Part shown: one piece after another, positions 1-15,160 of the stretch | Layout: the number at the start of each line of letters is the position of its first letter | Position numbering within the stretch: the first letter of the stretch is position 1 | Assembly: GCA_964016885.1 (NCBI GenBank) | Contig: OZ024747.1 | Coordinates: 17,298,001-17,362,000, forward strand | Source of the DNA: Eledone cirrhosa | Taxonomy: Eukaryota | Direction of reading: 5' to 3' | DNA: 64,000 nt | Notes under the pieces: model-generated | What the model was told of the DNA's origin: nothing | What the model saw: only the letters and a program-made list of their open reading frames with translations | The model's database searches: none | Program-made: the position numbers and the translations under genes

Positions 1-137
1 TAAGTGCAAGGCTTCCCATTTACATCATGTATATATAGAAGTAAAGGAATTATAGCGATATAGTTCAGCAATGTGCGTGTGGAATCCTTCTACCAGCCTG
101 AGCAAAACTCTTTGTTGTTATTGTGTCTGTGCGTGTG

Positions 138-900
<763 letters not shown>

Positions 901-1540
901 ATGTGTGTGTGTATGTATTTATCTGTATATACGTATGTACGTAATTGCATCGTTATATGGGTGCACACTTATATAGTTGTGCGTATGTAGTCTGTTTACA
1001 ATCCTTGAGAATTCTTCTCAATAACAAATCTCTGGTTTAATCGATAGCTTTATTTTCCATTCCATTTCTGTGTCCTCCATTTGCTTAGTTTACATTTTCA
1101 TATAGTTATCAGAAACTGCCATTAAAAATGTCAGCTATGTACGCGTGTGTGCGTGGTTTGTACGAGTATGTGTTAATACATTGGAGTAGAGATGTGTAGG
1201 GCAGTGAAAATTATTATTGTAGTTCATTCATACTTCTTTGCTATTCAAAAGACACCTTATTCCCCAAAAATAATCTGTTCACACACTCACCAAACGTTCT
1301 ATACATACTTACAATATTGATGCTCATTTCAATTCATTGGTTAATCAAAGACGGACGGGTATAGAAAATGTAATAACAACATTGGTGTCCCAACACGGCG
1401 TCAGCTAGTCGGCTGGGACAGGTAAACAATTATAAATATATACCGAAACACACATATATATACGTACATACAAACATATACACACACACACACACACTTT
1501 CTCTCTCTCTCGATATATATAAATATATATATATCATATG

Positions 1541-1625
<85 letters not shown>

Positions 1626-1662
1626 GTATATATGTATATATATATATATGTATATATGTATA

Positions 1663-1712
<50 letters not shown>

Positions 1713-3170
1713 GAGAGAGAGAGATATCGAGAGTTCAAATAGCAGAGAACAATGGAGAGATACAGAAAGAGAGCAAATGATGGATACATTATTTATAAAA
1801 CTTTCTTTTAAAAAGATAGCTAAGTATTTTAACTCTTTCCTTGTCTACAAACAATGATATTACCACTTACATTTCATGCCGCCAGTGATATCTAGGTTTC
1901 GTGCTATATCCTAATGGCGTCCATAAATTTGAAAGGAAAACTCTGTCTCGACTTCATATTCAGTCGAATGTCATTTTTTTCGTTAATATATGAATTTTGA
2001 GCTAATAGAATATACATGATCTTTCATTGTACATTACTTATGTCATATGTTTTTCTCCTTTTATTATCAGCTTTCACGTCTTACCTTACATAAGGAGAAT
2101 TTATTCATATGACCTATTTCTACAATCATTTAATCTGCAATTATTTCACCTTGTTTTGTGCGCCTAACAATGTGTCTAAAGAAATATCGATAATCGTGAA
2201 AGTAAGTAACATTGTCGCCCATACAATTACTTTCATCCTTTTTGACTGGTGTCAATAAAAATATTTGTTTCAAATATAGAAGTCATCCATTAAATATAGT
2301 TGGCGTCTGTATGTATTAGCTAAATTTCTATAGCTTCCAAATCTCAAACTGTCGTAGTGTAATCCTAAATATTTCTAAATGATTCTATTCAATGAAAAGC
2401 CAATAATTATTTACTGTCTTTTTAAGACGATGACTTGGAACTTGGAGGATATTTCTAACATGTTCAGCGAAAATATAGAAGCTCCACCTGAAAGTGGAAA
2501 CAAAGGTTATTAAACCAAATGAGCTCCACAACTTCACAGCAATGATTACAGATATAGCATAAGGTAATATTAGGAAATGTCCTGCAAGAGAAAGCAAATA
2601 TAGATATATAAAAAATGTACACAGACGAGAAAGACAGAAGAAATCAATGCGTGGAAAAGATCAACTTCACGCATACTAAACAAAAATTGTATAGTGTCTA
2701 GACTACACTGTAGACAGTTTCCAAACATCAGACATTGGACGATTTAAAAAATAATGGAACTGAAATAAACTACGGGAACGAAATGGATGAGAAATGTTCT
2801 AAATGTGGTGCATACGAGTTTTTTAACGATATATTCTTTAGGAGCTTCTAGAGAAATAATATGTTTAATCTTCTTTTTATTTTTTTAGCTAAAAGACAGG
2901 TGGTACCCTCACCCACCTACACAGTGACCTCCTGTGCTTAAAAAACAGTTAACTCAAATAACTGCTAAGCGTGTCAAATTTAGAACTAATATTAGTGCTT
3001 ATAACTCACCGTTTAGTTTTCACATACGCAGATATAATGGGTACCAAAAAAATAATTCTTAATGCATTAGGAATGTATCAGCAGGTAATAGATGATGGCG
3101 TACATCCATCGATTATCTTCATATCTAATTCCTTCCACAAATCCACGACTCGCTGCAGATGGCATTAATA

Positions 3171-3383
3171 TTGGTTTCTTATATAGGCACAAGGCCAGCG
3201 ATTTTGGGGGAGGGAAAAGTCGATAAAATCGACCCCAGTTAGCGACTGGTACTTTATTTATCGACCCTGTATGAATGAATGGCAAAGTTAACCTCGGCGG
3301 GATTTGAACTCAGAATAGCAAGGGCCGTAACTCTATGCGTCATAGCATGGCGTCCGACTCTCTACCGATACTGCCAATTCACT
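3171..3383 (-). mobile_element. tRNA-derived SINE, family A
   Basis: Reverse complement shows A-box TGGCAGTATCGG, B-box GTTCAAATCC and the conserved body GTTAACTTTGCC..GGGTCGATAAATAAAGTACCAG; many similar copies in the window. Confidence 0.88.
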
Positions 3384-3468
3384 GGTACAATGAATTATCC
3401 AGATAGAGTGTGCGCATTAGTCTGTGTACACATAGACATACACACACACACACGCACACACACACACA

Positions 3469-3562
<94 letters not shown>

Positions 3563-3857
3563 TATGTGTTTGTGTGTGTGTGTTTGTTCGTGTTTGTATG
3601 TGTTTGTGTGTGTATCGATCAGATCGATCGAAAAGTTCCCAGGACCTCATTTGCTTACCGAGTGGCTTGGAACTCGTCAGTCCAAGGAAGAATGTTTCGT
3701 ATGGTCTTTCCATTGCTGATACTATTTACCATTCGCAGCTCATGAGAGTATATATCAGGGTTAGGGAACTTGATTTGATCGATATTTATATATTTATATT
3801 GACTGAATAAAAAATGGCGTAGACATACAACACAACAGGAGGAAAAAAAATATAACA

Positions 3858-3896
3858 CCACTGACGATGTTGCAGATGTGCAACGAAATATTTATG
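3858..3896 (+). ncRNA. hammerhead-ribozyme-like motif (degenerate) in a PLE-type element (~3810-4107)
   Basis: CTGACGA-t-GTTGCA-gatg-TGCAAC-GAAA-tatt-TA; stem I is weak. The downstream tail is similar to 34450-34530. Confidence 0.6.
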
Positions 3897-4115
3897 TAAA
3901 TTATGTAAACTATATATATGTGTTTGTGTCTATATTGTATCTGTATTATTTTTGACCGTCGGTCAGTCAATGGCAACATTGAGGACCGAGTAAGTTAGAT
4001 CGCAGATATAAAAGACAGCGAGAAGCGAAAACCAACCAAACAGTGAGTGTGTTCTGTTGTTAATTCTGGCAATATTACGCAAATATGACCCTCCCCAAGT
4101 ATAACAATATATATT

Positions 4116-4147
<32 letters not shown>

Positions 4148-4724
4148 CGTGTGTGTAGAAGTTATATTTAATTTGTTGGGATTCAACAAGATTAAAAATT
4201 GTATAACTGATATTAAGCACTCAACAGTTATCTGGAGTAAATATTCAATATAAATGGCAACTATATTTATAAAACCATAATTATTTTATTATATATATTT
4301 CAAGGGCAACCAAGGCGGCTTTGGTGCGCTTTCATCCTTTAAAATACAAAATTTGTTTTATAAATGTTTACATACCCTTAGTAAAACAACCTTGACGGTT
4401 GAAGGTTCGCCGGATAGTGGAAAAAATCTTTAGTGAGGGTAATTCAAAGTTCTGTGCGAGTATGCAAATGAATGTCCGAAAAAATTGAAAACCAACCGTT
4501 TATATAAATTATACTGTTGGAAGAAGAGAGAGAAAAAGAGAAAGAAGAGAGAAAAAGAAAGAGAGAAAAAAAATTATTATATGCAGAGTTATAGTGAAAA
4601 AATGAAGGAAGAGAGAGCGAAGAAATAAGGTTATCTAAGGATGAGTACATATATCGTAAATACATCATGTTTTTATGCTATATTTATATTAAAAGTAATG
4701 TATATATATATATATATATAAATA

Positions 4725-4776
<52 letters not shown>

Positions 4777-4784
4777 TATTTATA

Positions 4785-4815
<31 letters not shown>

Positions 4816-4826
4816 CATTATTTATA

Positions 4827-4857
<31 letters not shown>

Positions 4858-4868
4858 CATTATTTATA

Positions 4869-4938
<70 letters not shown>

Positions 4939-4999
4939 ATTAAATCGAAAATGCAACTGGAGTCTTATTTTTAAAAAAATATATATATTTATTTGGTTC

Positions 5000-5035
5000 C
5001 TTTACCGGTTTCGCAGTTCTTCTGCTTTTCAAAAG
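5000..5035 (-). ncRNA. hammerhead-like motif (mutated core)
   Basis: Minus strand: ctt-TTGAAAA-GCAG-aagaa-CTGC-GAAA-ccgg-TA-aag; two core substitutions, all three stems present. Confidence 0.55.
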
Positions 5036-5087
5036 TAGAGTTGAGATGGAGGGTCTGTGGTTTTTCTCACATATATATAAAAGGAAC

Positions 5088-5300
5088 GATCGACTTTCGT
5101 CAAATCCGACCGAGGGAACAATGTTTCCGTTGGTCTTTCTAATTGCTAATACTATCTATCGGTCGCAACTCCAGGTAGAAGGAGCAACGTGAAATAAAGT
5201 GTCTTGCTCAAGGACATAACGCATCAACTGGTCCAGGAATCGAACTCACAACGTTACGATTGCGAATCCAATTCTCTAACCACTCAGCCACACGCCTTCA
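5088..5300 (-). mobile_element. tRNA-derived SINE with CORE-like segment, family B
   Basis: Reverse complement of 56592-56804; TGGCTGAGTGG A-box, GTTCGATTCC B-box, TGTCCTTGAGCAAGACACTT CORE-like segment. Confidence 0.85.
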
Positions 5301-5318
5301 CTCACATATATATATATA

Positions 5319-5506
5319 TAAAATCAAATGTAGGATGATCTATGTATATATAAAATAAACACAACAAACAATTACAGATGATAATTTGTTTAGAGTGTAA
5401 CCACAAATAGTTACGGGGGTTAAACTGTTTACAAATTATCCCCTGTAATTGTTTGTTGTGTTTATTTTATATATATACATATATATAATATCCTACTTTT
5501 GATTTA
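5319..5506. repeat. fold-back inverted repeat element in (TA)n
   Basis: AAAATAAACACAACAAACAATTACAG..ATAATTTGT is mirrored by ACAAATTAT..CTGTAATTGTTTGTTGTGTTTATTTT. Confidence 0.8.
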
Positions 5507-5627
5507 ATTTAAATACTCGGATTTTCTACTTGGAATCTTTGAGCATACATATATATATCTATAAATATCTATATATATATCTATATATATCTATATATAT
5601 ATCTATATATATATATCTATCTATCTA

Positions 5628-5734
<107 letters not shown>

Positions 5735-5838
5735 TAATATATATATATATATATATATACATATATATAGATATATATATACATATATCAGTCGGATTTA
5801 GCTGTCGAAACGCGGGAGCTCAGCCGTCGGGGTCCTGA

Positions 5839-5890
<52 letters not shown>

Positions 5891-6877
5891 CCTACATATA
5901 TACATACATGAAAACATACATGCTTACAAACATGTACCTAGCTGTAAGAGTAGGGATAATATGTGTACTTCACCTTGGTAAAGTCTTGTTTTACGTGCAC
6001 CATTTGTACAACTGGAATAGATCATGAAACTTATATAAGCCGCTGCAATTTGATTGAAGAGTTTTATGATACTGGAGCTAACGTCTGTATAGTTTATTCT
6101 AGGATATGGCAGTGACAATGATAAATCTACACAACGAATGATCTTTTGTGTGGTTTTCACTAACGGTTACTTAATAGATTTCCCATGTTAATATATATCT
6201 TGATTAACAACGAGAATATTTTGCGAATTCTATTTGTTTAACGAATGACTTGCTCTGAAATCGTGTGTTGAATCTGTAAAAAGTTACAATAATAACCATT
6301 TAAAACACATATATTTCAGAAGGTAAATTCGATTGTGTGCCTTTGTATTTGTTGTAGTTTAATATCAGCAGTAATTGAACAGACCGAAAATCAATGGCAT
6401 TCTATCCGTGATCATTGCATCTCTCACCTGTTCTGTCTATACTCAAGATTGTATGAGATAATTTAAGATATTTCTCACAACTCAAGACACAGATGTACGA
6501 CTCCCTTTAAAGCTTGTTATTTTTGTTTATTACAACGTTAACTTTGTTACAGCAAATGTAGTATAAAATTCAGTAAGACTATATAATCCATTCTGCACGT
6601 TTTCAATCCAACGTTAACTTTGTTGAGGCAAGTGTTTTGTAAAATTCAGTAAGATAGGAATATATGATCCATTCTGCACGTTTTTAACATGGAAGGGATT
6701 CATGGGGTTGCTATTTCTAGCTCGTTGCGTTACAATTGTGGCTCTATTGTTTATGGTTGTACTTTTGTACAGGGATGGAGTAAGTAGAACACGTGATTCT
6801 ACACGACTATATATCACTCACTCGCTCGTTCTTCCCTATACACGCGTATTGCGTATTAAATACTCACATATATATAT

Positions 6878-8024
<1,147 letters not shown>

Positions 8025-8104
8025 TGCCCCCTCGTTATCTAGTATGGCAATAGTATGGCCATTGCACGTTATACCATTATTAATAACTATTAATTAATTC
8101 TGAC

Positions 8105-8284
8105 GATTGGCAGTATCGGTAGAGGGTCGGACGCCATACTTTCCATCATAGTTACGTCCCTTTACGATCTGAGTTCAAATCCCGCCGAGGTTGACTTTGC
8201 CTTTCATCCTTACGGGGTCGATAAAATAAAGTACCAGTAATGCACTGGGTAATTGGTGGCCTTGTGCCTTAAGTAGAAACAATT
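8105..8284 (+). mobile_element. SINE family A
   Basis: A/B boxes and conserved body. Confidence 0.9.
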
Positions 8285-8299
8285 AATTAATTCTATCGC

Positions 8300-8645
8300 G
8301 CAATGCCTGTGCGTGACATCATTATTTTTAAAGTGAGAAAAGATTGTGCACTGAGCCAATCCCACTCTCTGAGTGACAGTAGCTATAACCCGAAAAGAAG
8401 AAAAGATCAATATCATCTGTAACTACTGAGCCGCAGGTTTTATATCGGAGTTTCCTGAGTTGCCTAGGGGTCTTTCACTCCCAGTGGTTTAACCGCGCAA
8501 TCGGGTGTCCAACCCGACTATTTCTATGCCCCCGCGCATATACATACACATGCACCCATGCATATACACACATATGTACATGTGTATATACATATTTACA
8601 CACTTCTGGATGGCCGTTGACTCCTATGAGTTCTTCCGCCCTGTG
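8300..8645 (-). mobile_element. diverged relative of the bipartite RTE-derived element
   Basis: Collinear similarity to 17930-18170 (GCAATGCCTGTGC, CCCACTCTCT, AAAAGAAGAA, GCAGGT.TTATATC.GAGTTTCC, GGATGGC..TTGA). Confidence 0.65.
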
Positions 8646-8740
8646 TATATATATATACATACATACATGCATACATGCATACGCACATACATACATACAT
8701 ACATACATACATACATACATACATACATACATACATACAT

Positions 8741-8880
8741 GGTGGCTGCCAACTCGTTTTCGAGTACGGCCACTACTTTATATCCGTGTAGGAGTACCCC
8801 TACCGATGCGCTGAACGAGTGTGACTTTTTAGTCCAGCCAGCGACTTGAAAACTCTGGTACAAACACTACACTTGTGACA
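8741..8880 (-). mobile_element. RTE-type LINE 3' end (5'-truncated)
   Basis: Encodes C2H2 finger [22 protein letters not shown] and a 3' stem-loop ACTCG-AAAA-CGAGT; sits inside (CATA)n. Confidence 0.8.
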
Positions 8881-9865
8881 TACATACATACATACATACA
8901 TACATACATACATACATACATACATACATACATACATACATAACGCAAACACATTATTATTGAATTTGAAATTTAAGAAATTTAATATTGTACAGTATAA
9001 TAAACAAGCATGCCTCACGCAGCCAAGCAAGAGAAAAGAAAACAAACAGCGATATGGCAAATACTTGTATTGGGTGGGAAGAGTGGTATCAATCATTTAA
9101 CAAATTAACGATAAAAACATGTTATATCAAAAATATATTAAGTAAAAACTACGATCAGGATCAAGCACGTGCGAATTGATAAATATCAAAATATTATTAA
9201 GGAACCAGCATCACGTTACTGAAAACAACATCTTTCACTTCCTCCCCATACACACCTAACATCCGAGAAGAAGAAAGTAGGTAAACATTTATAAGCGTAC
9301 ATGCATCTTATAAAAATAATTTTATCATGTCAAGTCACATTTCAAGCATAAATGAGCAAAGTAAATATCGATATTATGTTTGTCTTCAATCAACATATCG
9401 GAGTAAATATGTTTTAGATGGTGTTAGATCTACATATAATGAGCTGGCTGACACAAGGATAAATTTCTCACGTAGAATATCCGGAAATGAATATCGACAA
9501 ATATTCAAATTACTTTCATATCAATCATATATATGGAATAATATATGTGTGTATATAAATGTTTTCTATGTATATATGTGTATATGTATATTTCAACCAG
9601 GTTTGATGGTCTTTATTCTCTCTCGTTCACGATTTCACCGAACTTATATTCATGGAAATTTGGGACTTGACTCGTTCTTCCTCACTTTTCGTTGCTTCAC
9701 CATCTTTGTTTATTTACACTCTCGCTGTTCCCTTTTATTTACATTCCCAACGACTTTCTTTAGCCGTTGCTCGCACCAACCGGAGGTATATGGTCTTTAA
9801 AGCGAAGAAATACCGATGATGGTTGGAAGATCACTGATGAAGGACCACATTATTCATATATATAT

Positions 9866-10075
9866 ATAACGAAGGAAAGGAAATGGGGTAAGGTACCCGG
9901 TGGACCATAACGCACCAGAGTACTCTACTTAGGGTAGTAGAGTGGGTAATAGGAAAATGTTCAAGACCCCTATGGCAGAGCTCAAGCCGTTTCGACATCT
10001 ATTTCTGGACCAAGAAGTAGTCCGGAAATAGCCGTCGAAGCGACTTGAGCTCTGCCGTCGGGTCATGAACATTTT

Positions 10076-10080
<5 letters not shown>
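9866..10080 (-). mobile_element. PLE-derived fold-back element, family F
   Basis: Inverted arms AGGAAAATGTTCAAGACCC..TTTCTGGAC / GTCCGGAAATAG..GAACATTTTCCT plus a one-sided tail; TA flanks. Confidence 0.85.
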
Positions 10081-10143
<63 letters not shown>

Positions 10144-10145
<2 letters not shown>

Positions 10146-10288
10146 GGAAAAGAGTCAGTACCCTGACGGCAGAGCTCTTTCGACAGGTAGTTCTGACTCT
10201 TTTCCTATTTCCCACTCTACTACCCATAGTATCGAGTACTCTGGTGCGTTATGGTCCTCCTGGTTCTCTACCACACTTCCTTTGTTAC
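10144..10288 (+). mobile_element. PLE-derived element, family F variant
   Basis: Short IR AGGAAAAGAGTCAG/CTGACTCTTTTCCT and the family F tail TCGAGTACTCTGGTGCGTTATGGTCC. Confidence 0.8.
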
Positions 10289-10295
10289 ATATATA

Positions 10296-10337
<42 letters not shown>

Positions 10338-11449
10338 CGAAACATAAGTCAATTGCTAAATATATATATAAGGTGGGTGTCAATCTGTCTGTGTGCACAT
10401 GTCTTTATGTAAGTATATATAGTATACATACACATACATACATGTATATATGTGTGATAGACTCTTCCGTCGATTTCTACGTATAAGGATTCAAACAACC
10501 CATTCAGTATATTTAGTGTGGATGTTTATGTCAAGTATGAGGACTACTGGACTGTAGCTTACTTCTCAGACCTAGCCAGCGCGACACAATATATTAATGT
10601 GTGACAAAGCTGAAACATCCATTTACTTGTAAAATCCACAGACTTCCACATAATTTCGGTTGGCTCAATTTCCCGCACAAGGAGGATACAGTAAAGACAT
10701 GCGTCCAAATGGCCATGAAATAGGATTACACAGGGAATTCCATGATTAGGAAGCATAATTCTTGCCCACTAAGCCATGCCTCTATCTACGAACGTTTATA
10801 GGAACCATCTAAAATATGCTTGGTTGCCAAGCATAATTTGTAAAGTTTCTTAAGATCAGTATTTCAAAATCAAAACAGGTTAATCCTACTTTGAACTCAT
10901 AGGTCATACCTTCTACCTAATAAAAGTTGCGTTATCTACGAATAGCAAAGAATAGTCTAGGATGCGATGCAATCTGCCTCTGGTAACCATTGAGAGTCTG
11001 TCATTCTGGCAACCATTGAGAGTATGTCAACCATTGAGAGTCTTAACAGTGTCCCCACCTACAGAATTCGATTATCTTAACATTGCGTGTCGTGAAATGT
11101 AGAATAATAACGGAATGATTCATCAGTTGCCTCCTGCAAATATTAAATCTACAAATTGTATTGAATAATCTTTCTTTCAGTAAAACAAAAAAAAATAGGA
11201 TAAATTGTCTGTTGGTTAGAATGAGTTTTGCAATACGGTGCTTCAGGATACAGTCACACTGTGACGTCTTGAGCAAAAGTTGATTACTATAATCTAAATA
11301 CGAGCCACTTCATTCTGAGAAAACGTTGGTTGACAAAAAACAATGTCCAAGACAGATATTAACTCATCAATCCCATTGTCCTAATAATATATATATTTGT
11401 ATACGTCACAGAGTAAAATGCCTGAGTTCAATGAAGAGAACTAGTAAAA

Positions 11450-12670
11450 TAATTGTTTCTACTTTGGGCACAAGGCCAGTAATTATCCCAGTGCGTTACT
11501 GGTACTTTATTTTATCGCCCCCGTAAGGATGAAAGGCGAAGTTAAACTCGGCATGATTTGAACTCAGACCGTAAAGGGACGTAACTCTATGCTGCAAAGC
11601 ATGGTGTCCGACTCTCTACCGAATGAGTTATCTCTACTACCAAAGTGTATTCGTAAACTGTAATTACATTGACTGTTTCTGAACTTACAGTCGCATAGAA
11701 TGTGTGTTATTAGAATAGAAGAACACGTATAAGTTTAGCTAAGATATCATAATTGTTTCTACTTAGGCACAAGGCCAACAATTATCCAGTGCATTACTGG
11801 TACTTTATTTTATCGACTCCGTAAGGACGAAAGGCAAAGTCAACCTCGGCGGGATTTGAACTCAGATCATAAAGGGACGTAACTATGCTGGAAAGCATGG
11901 CGTCCGACCCTCTACAAGATATCATAATGAATAAATGAAACTGAAATAAATTCATACTGAAAACAAAGGAAATAGACCGTAAAAGACTGTAACTATATGC
12001 TGCAAAGCATGGTGTCCGACCCTCTTCCGATACTGCCAATCCACCGCAGTAAAATAATTGTGTCTACTTTGGGCACAAGGCCACCAAATACCCAGTACAT
12101 TACTGGTACTTTATTTTATCGACCCCGTAAGGATGAAAGGCAAAGTTAACCTCGGCGGGATTTGAACTCAGAATGGCAAGGGCCGTAACTCTATGTGTCA
12201 AAGCATGGCGTCCGGCCCTCTACCGATACTGCCAATCCACCGCTGTAAAATAATGGTTTCTTATATAGGCGCAAGGCCATCAGTTTTGGGGGAGGGGAAA
12301 GTCGATTAAATTGACCTCCAGTGCGTGACTGGTACTGTATTTTATCGACTTCGGCGGGATTTGAACTCAGATCATAAAGGGCCGTAACTCTATGCTGCAA
12401 AGCATGGCATTCGACCCCCTATCGATACTGCCAATCCACCGCAGTAAAATAATTATTTCTACTTTTGGCACATGGCCAGACCGCAGTAAAATAATATCTA
12501 ATTTATGGAATAATTTTTGGGAAACGGGACACTCCATTATATCCACCTCAGTACTTTATTCGTACAGTTTTATCAGTCCTAGCTTGCTTTGAATTCCGAC
12601 CGTAAAGAACCGTAACTAAATGCCGCAATGCATTCCGATGCTCTAACAATTCTGTCAGCCCGCCGGCATC
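11450..12670 (-). mobile_element. cluster of ~6 co-oriented SINE family A copies/fragments
   Basis: Repeated CTGGTACTTTATTTTATCG..GGCGGGATTTGAACTCAGA..TACCGATACTGCCAATCCACCG units near 11450, 11750, 11975, 12055, 12250 and 12540. Confidence 0.9.
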
Positions 12671-13195
12671 TAGTACAATATTAAAAGAGTATATGAGTGT
12701 AAATTTTTTTTTTTTTTATTTTTTTTTTATATATGTTGTGTATATAATCTTCACATGTGTATATAATATTCACATGTGTATATACTCTTAACATTAATAT
12801 CTAAAATATTGTAACAAACTTACATAACCTTCGGTAATAAATAGTTGCTTTCCCCCAACACATTTAGGTAAAAATAACATAGTTGCGTTATAACATGTAC
12901 GCACCAGAGTTATATAAACACACATGTGCATGGTTCATATATGTAACATATATCTGGTTACTAGCAGGGATATTTCGATACATGCTTTATTTCACTGTCT
13001 TTCCTATCTTTGAATTATTGTAAATCTAATGTGTAGATTATTGTATTTTTTTTATCTAAAACCAACTGAGCATCCATTAATATTTTTGCATAAATTTGTT
13101 TCGCAAAGAGCCGTAAACATGGAACTGTCTGTAGAAGCTTGCAGATCTTCAATATATATATATATTGAACGTTCAATAATCTGGCAGGGAGGTAT

Positions 13196-13238
13196 ACGTT
13201 GCTGACGATAGCTAATAAGCTTGAAACTAGTACAGCGT
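13196..13238 (+). ncRNA. type I hammerhead ribozyme motif, intact core (element ~13170-13361)
   Basis: acgttg-CTGACGA-t-AGCT-aata-AGCT-t-GAAA-ctag-TA-cagcgt; GUA cleavage triplet; related copy at 57790-57940 (minus). Confidence 0.82.
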
Positions 13239-13551
13239 TCCTTTGTCAGTGTTGAACAAACGAGCAACGATGGTTGCTGGACACTACGGCTTAATACGGG
13301 ATGTTTGTTTACAAACACACCGAGCATTATAATAAATGTTCGGTGAATCCATACGTACGCATATATGTATATATATATACATACTACTGTACGTCTGTAT
13401 ACATATATGTATGTACGTGTACATACTTATATTTAAGTAACAGCCGTACTAAGAGTGTGAAATGAAATTTCGTTTCATTTTTTCTGTTTATATATATATA
13501 TATATATATATATTTACATATATATATGAATTTACTCTTGTGTTGGCATGC

Positions 13552-13613
13552 GAACAGAACTGCAGACACTAATGTGTCTGGGTATCACCCTTCATCAGTA
13601 CAGCTCACTGTTC
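13552..13613 (-). ncRNA. type I hammerhead motif (GAAA>GACA)
   Basis: Minus strand: gaacag-tgag-ctgta-CTGATGA-a-GGG-tgata-CCC-a-GACA-cattagtg-TC-tgcag-tt-ctgttc; extended, bulged stem I. Confidence 0.7.
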
Positions 13614-13972
13614 AACTGCCAGAGCTAGTTAAAATATATGCTATTTTCAAAAATACACAGTCACTGATCGACCTGATTTGCATACATATATGTATATATA
13701 TATATATACAAGTGGAAGCTTAGTAACATCGAAGCTTTGGCCGTGGCCAAGCAAAGTCGACCTACAATAAAAAATCAGTAGCAAATCATTCAATAAAGGT
13801 AGATCCTTAGAGTAATAGCATTACGTCTAAATAGCTTGACAAATTGAAAAATGCGGTAGGCAAAACCCAACCATACATACCAAAGCAACGAAAGAAGTAA
13901 TCAGGTTAAACAGTTTAAAACAACAGATCTGGACAGATCGAACGATATTCTGCAATAACTCCGATATGTTTG

Positions 13973-14017
<45 letters not shown>

Positions 14018-14019
<2 letters not shown>

Positions 14020-14352
14020 CTGGAATCATATGATTCCAGTTCCTCAGAGAAATAAGAACACTACCAGGAGCTGGACATATCGATGGATTGACGGAGTAAA
14101 ACACACTTCAACAGCATGTGTACCTGTTTTTCCCACACCAATTCGGACTGCCTGAAGAGGTCACAGCCAATGATTGCTGTCACCGAAATATATATAGCAG
14201 TATATCTATAATTTGTAATAAACGAAGCCAAACTTTACATATTTGACTTAAATATTTTACATTAGTCCGGAGTAAACAAACCCACCTGCTTACTTCGTCG
14301 AGTGCTCCAATCTGCATAATGAGGTGTCGGTAAACAACTAACATATACTCAA
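14018..14352 (+). mobile_element. hammerhead-bearing PLE-type element, family G
   Basis: Homologous to 57041-57531 and 57940-58141; small 5' palindrome AACTGGAATCATATGATTCCAGTT; tail motif TCGAGTGCT at 14298; TA flanks. Confidence 0.85.
14147..14201 (+). ncRNA. type I hammerhead ribozyme motif, intact core
   Basis: actgc-CTGAAGA-ggtcacagc-caatgatt-gctgtcacc-GAAA-tatata-TA-gcagt. Confidence 0.85.
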
Positions 14353-14419
14353 TATATGTATATATATATATATATTGATAGGTTCATCTGGATGCTGTCA
14401 ATAGCTTTGCTTATCAAGG

Positions 14420-15160
14420 AGATACAATTTCGAGTGTGTGGGTCACTTGATGAAGAGGAGAATTTGAGTATTAGGAAAGCATGCTCAGCGACTGTTAGTT
14501 TACAGAAGAGAGTGTGGTTCCAGCATAACATTCAACTATCAACGAAAATAGTTGTGTATAATAATTTGTTTTCTCAGTGGGTTTGTGTGTGCCTCACAAA
14601 CTTGGATCATACTTAGAGTCTTTAGCAAATTTTCATCAGAGCTGTCTGAGAATAAAATGGATAACTTTGCACATGGCACAGCTGTGTTTCAATGTGCTAA
14701 TGTTATTAGCATAGAATCCACTCTGATGATACGTAACTTGCGTCTGGTTGGGCACGTTGTTCAGCTCGTGGATAAGAGAATGCCAAAAACAATTGTTGTA
14801 TAGGAAAGACTTATGTATGTAAGTGAAAGGTGCAATTCTGTGACAATATAAAAAACTTGATACGATTGGGGGTTGCATTGAAGAAATATGCTTATAGAGA
14901 AAACTGAAGAGGGCAGCACAGAAAATGTGTGACATTGAGCTCCCTGGCAATAGCTTGTTCAAGCAAGTGCTAATGTGTCTAGTTTGCAAGCGGATTCTTA
15001 TCCATTGGTTGGTACATAAGACATTTAAAGAGTTATAGGGAGGTTAACTTAATGGAATATACACTTCCACAGGTTAATGATGCAGCCTTAACTTGCCACA
15101 TATGTGGTAAAGTATGCAGTACAATGTCAGGCATAAAATGCCATGTCAATAAAATGTATG
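14420..15160 (+). pseudogene. decayed RTE-clade LINE, RT C-terminal region and zinc finger
   Basis: Fragments DEE..IRKACSA..LQKRVW..IQLSTKIVVY, SIESTLMIRNLRLVGHVVQLVDKRMPK and CHICGKVCSTMSGIKCH; many stops and frameshifts. Confidence 0.8.

Noticed and set aside
2415-2581. possible minus-strand exon with a good acceptor
   Set aside because: No recognisable product; weak donor.
6533-6686. ~77-bp tandem duplication
   Set aside because: Ordinary local duplication with no further structure.
8105-8190. SINE heads as tRNA genes
   Set aside because: A/B boxes only; no cloverleaf, and they continue into the SINE body.
11450-12670. CRISPR-like array
   Set aside because: Units are long degenerate SINEs without unique spacers; eukaryotic context.
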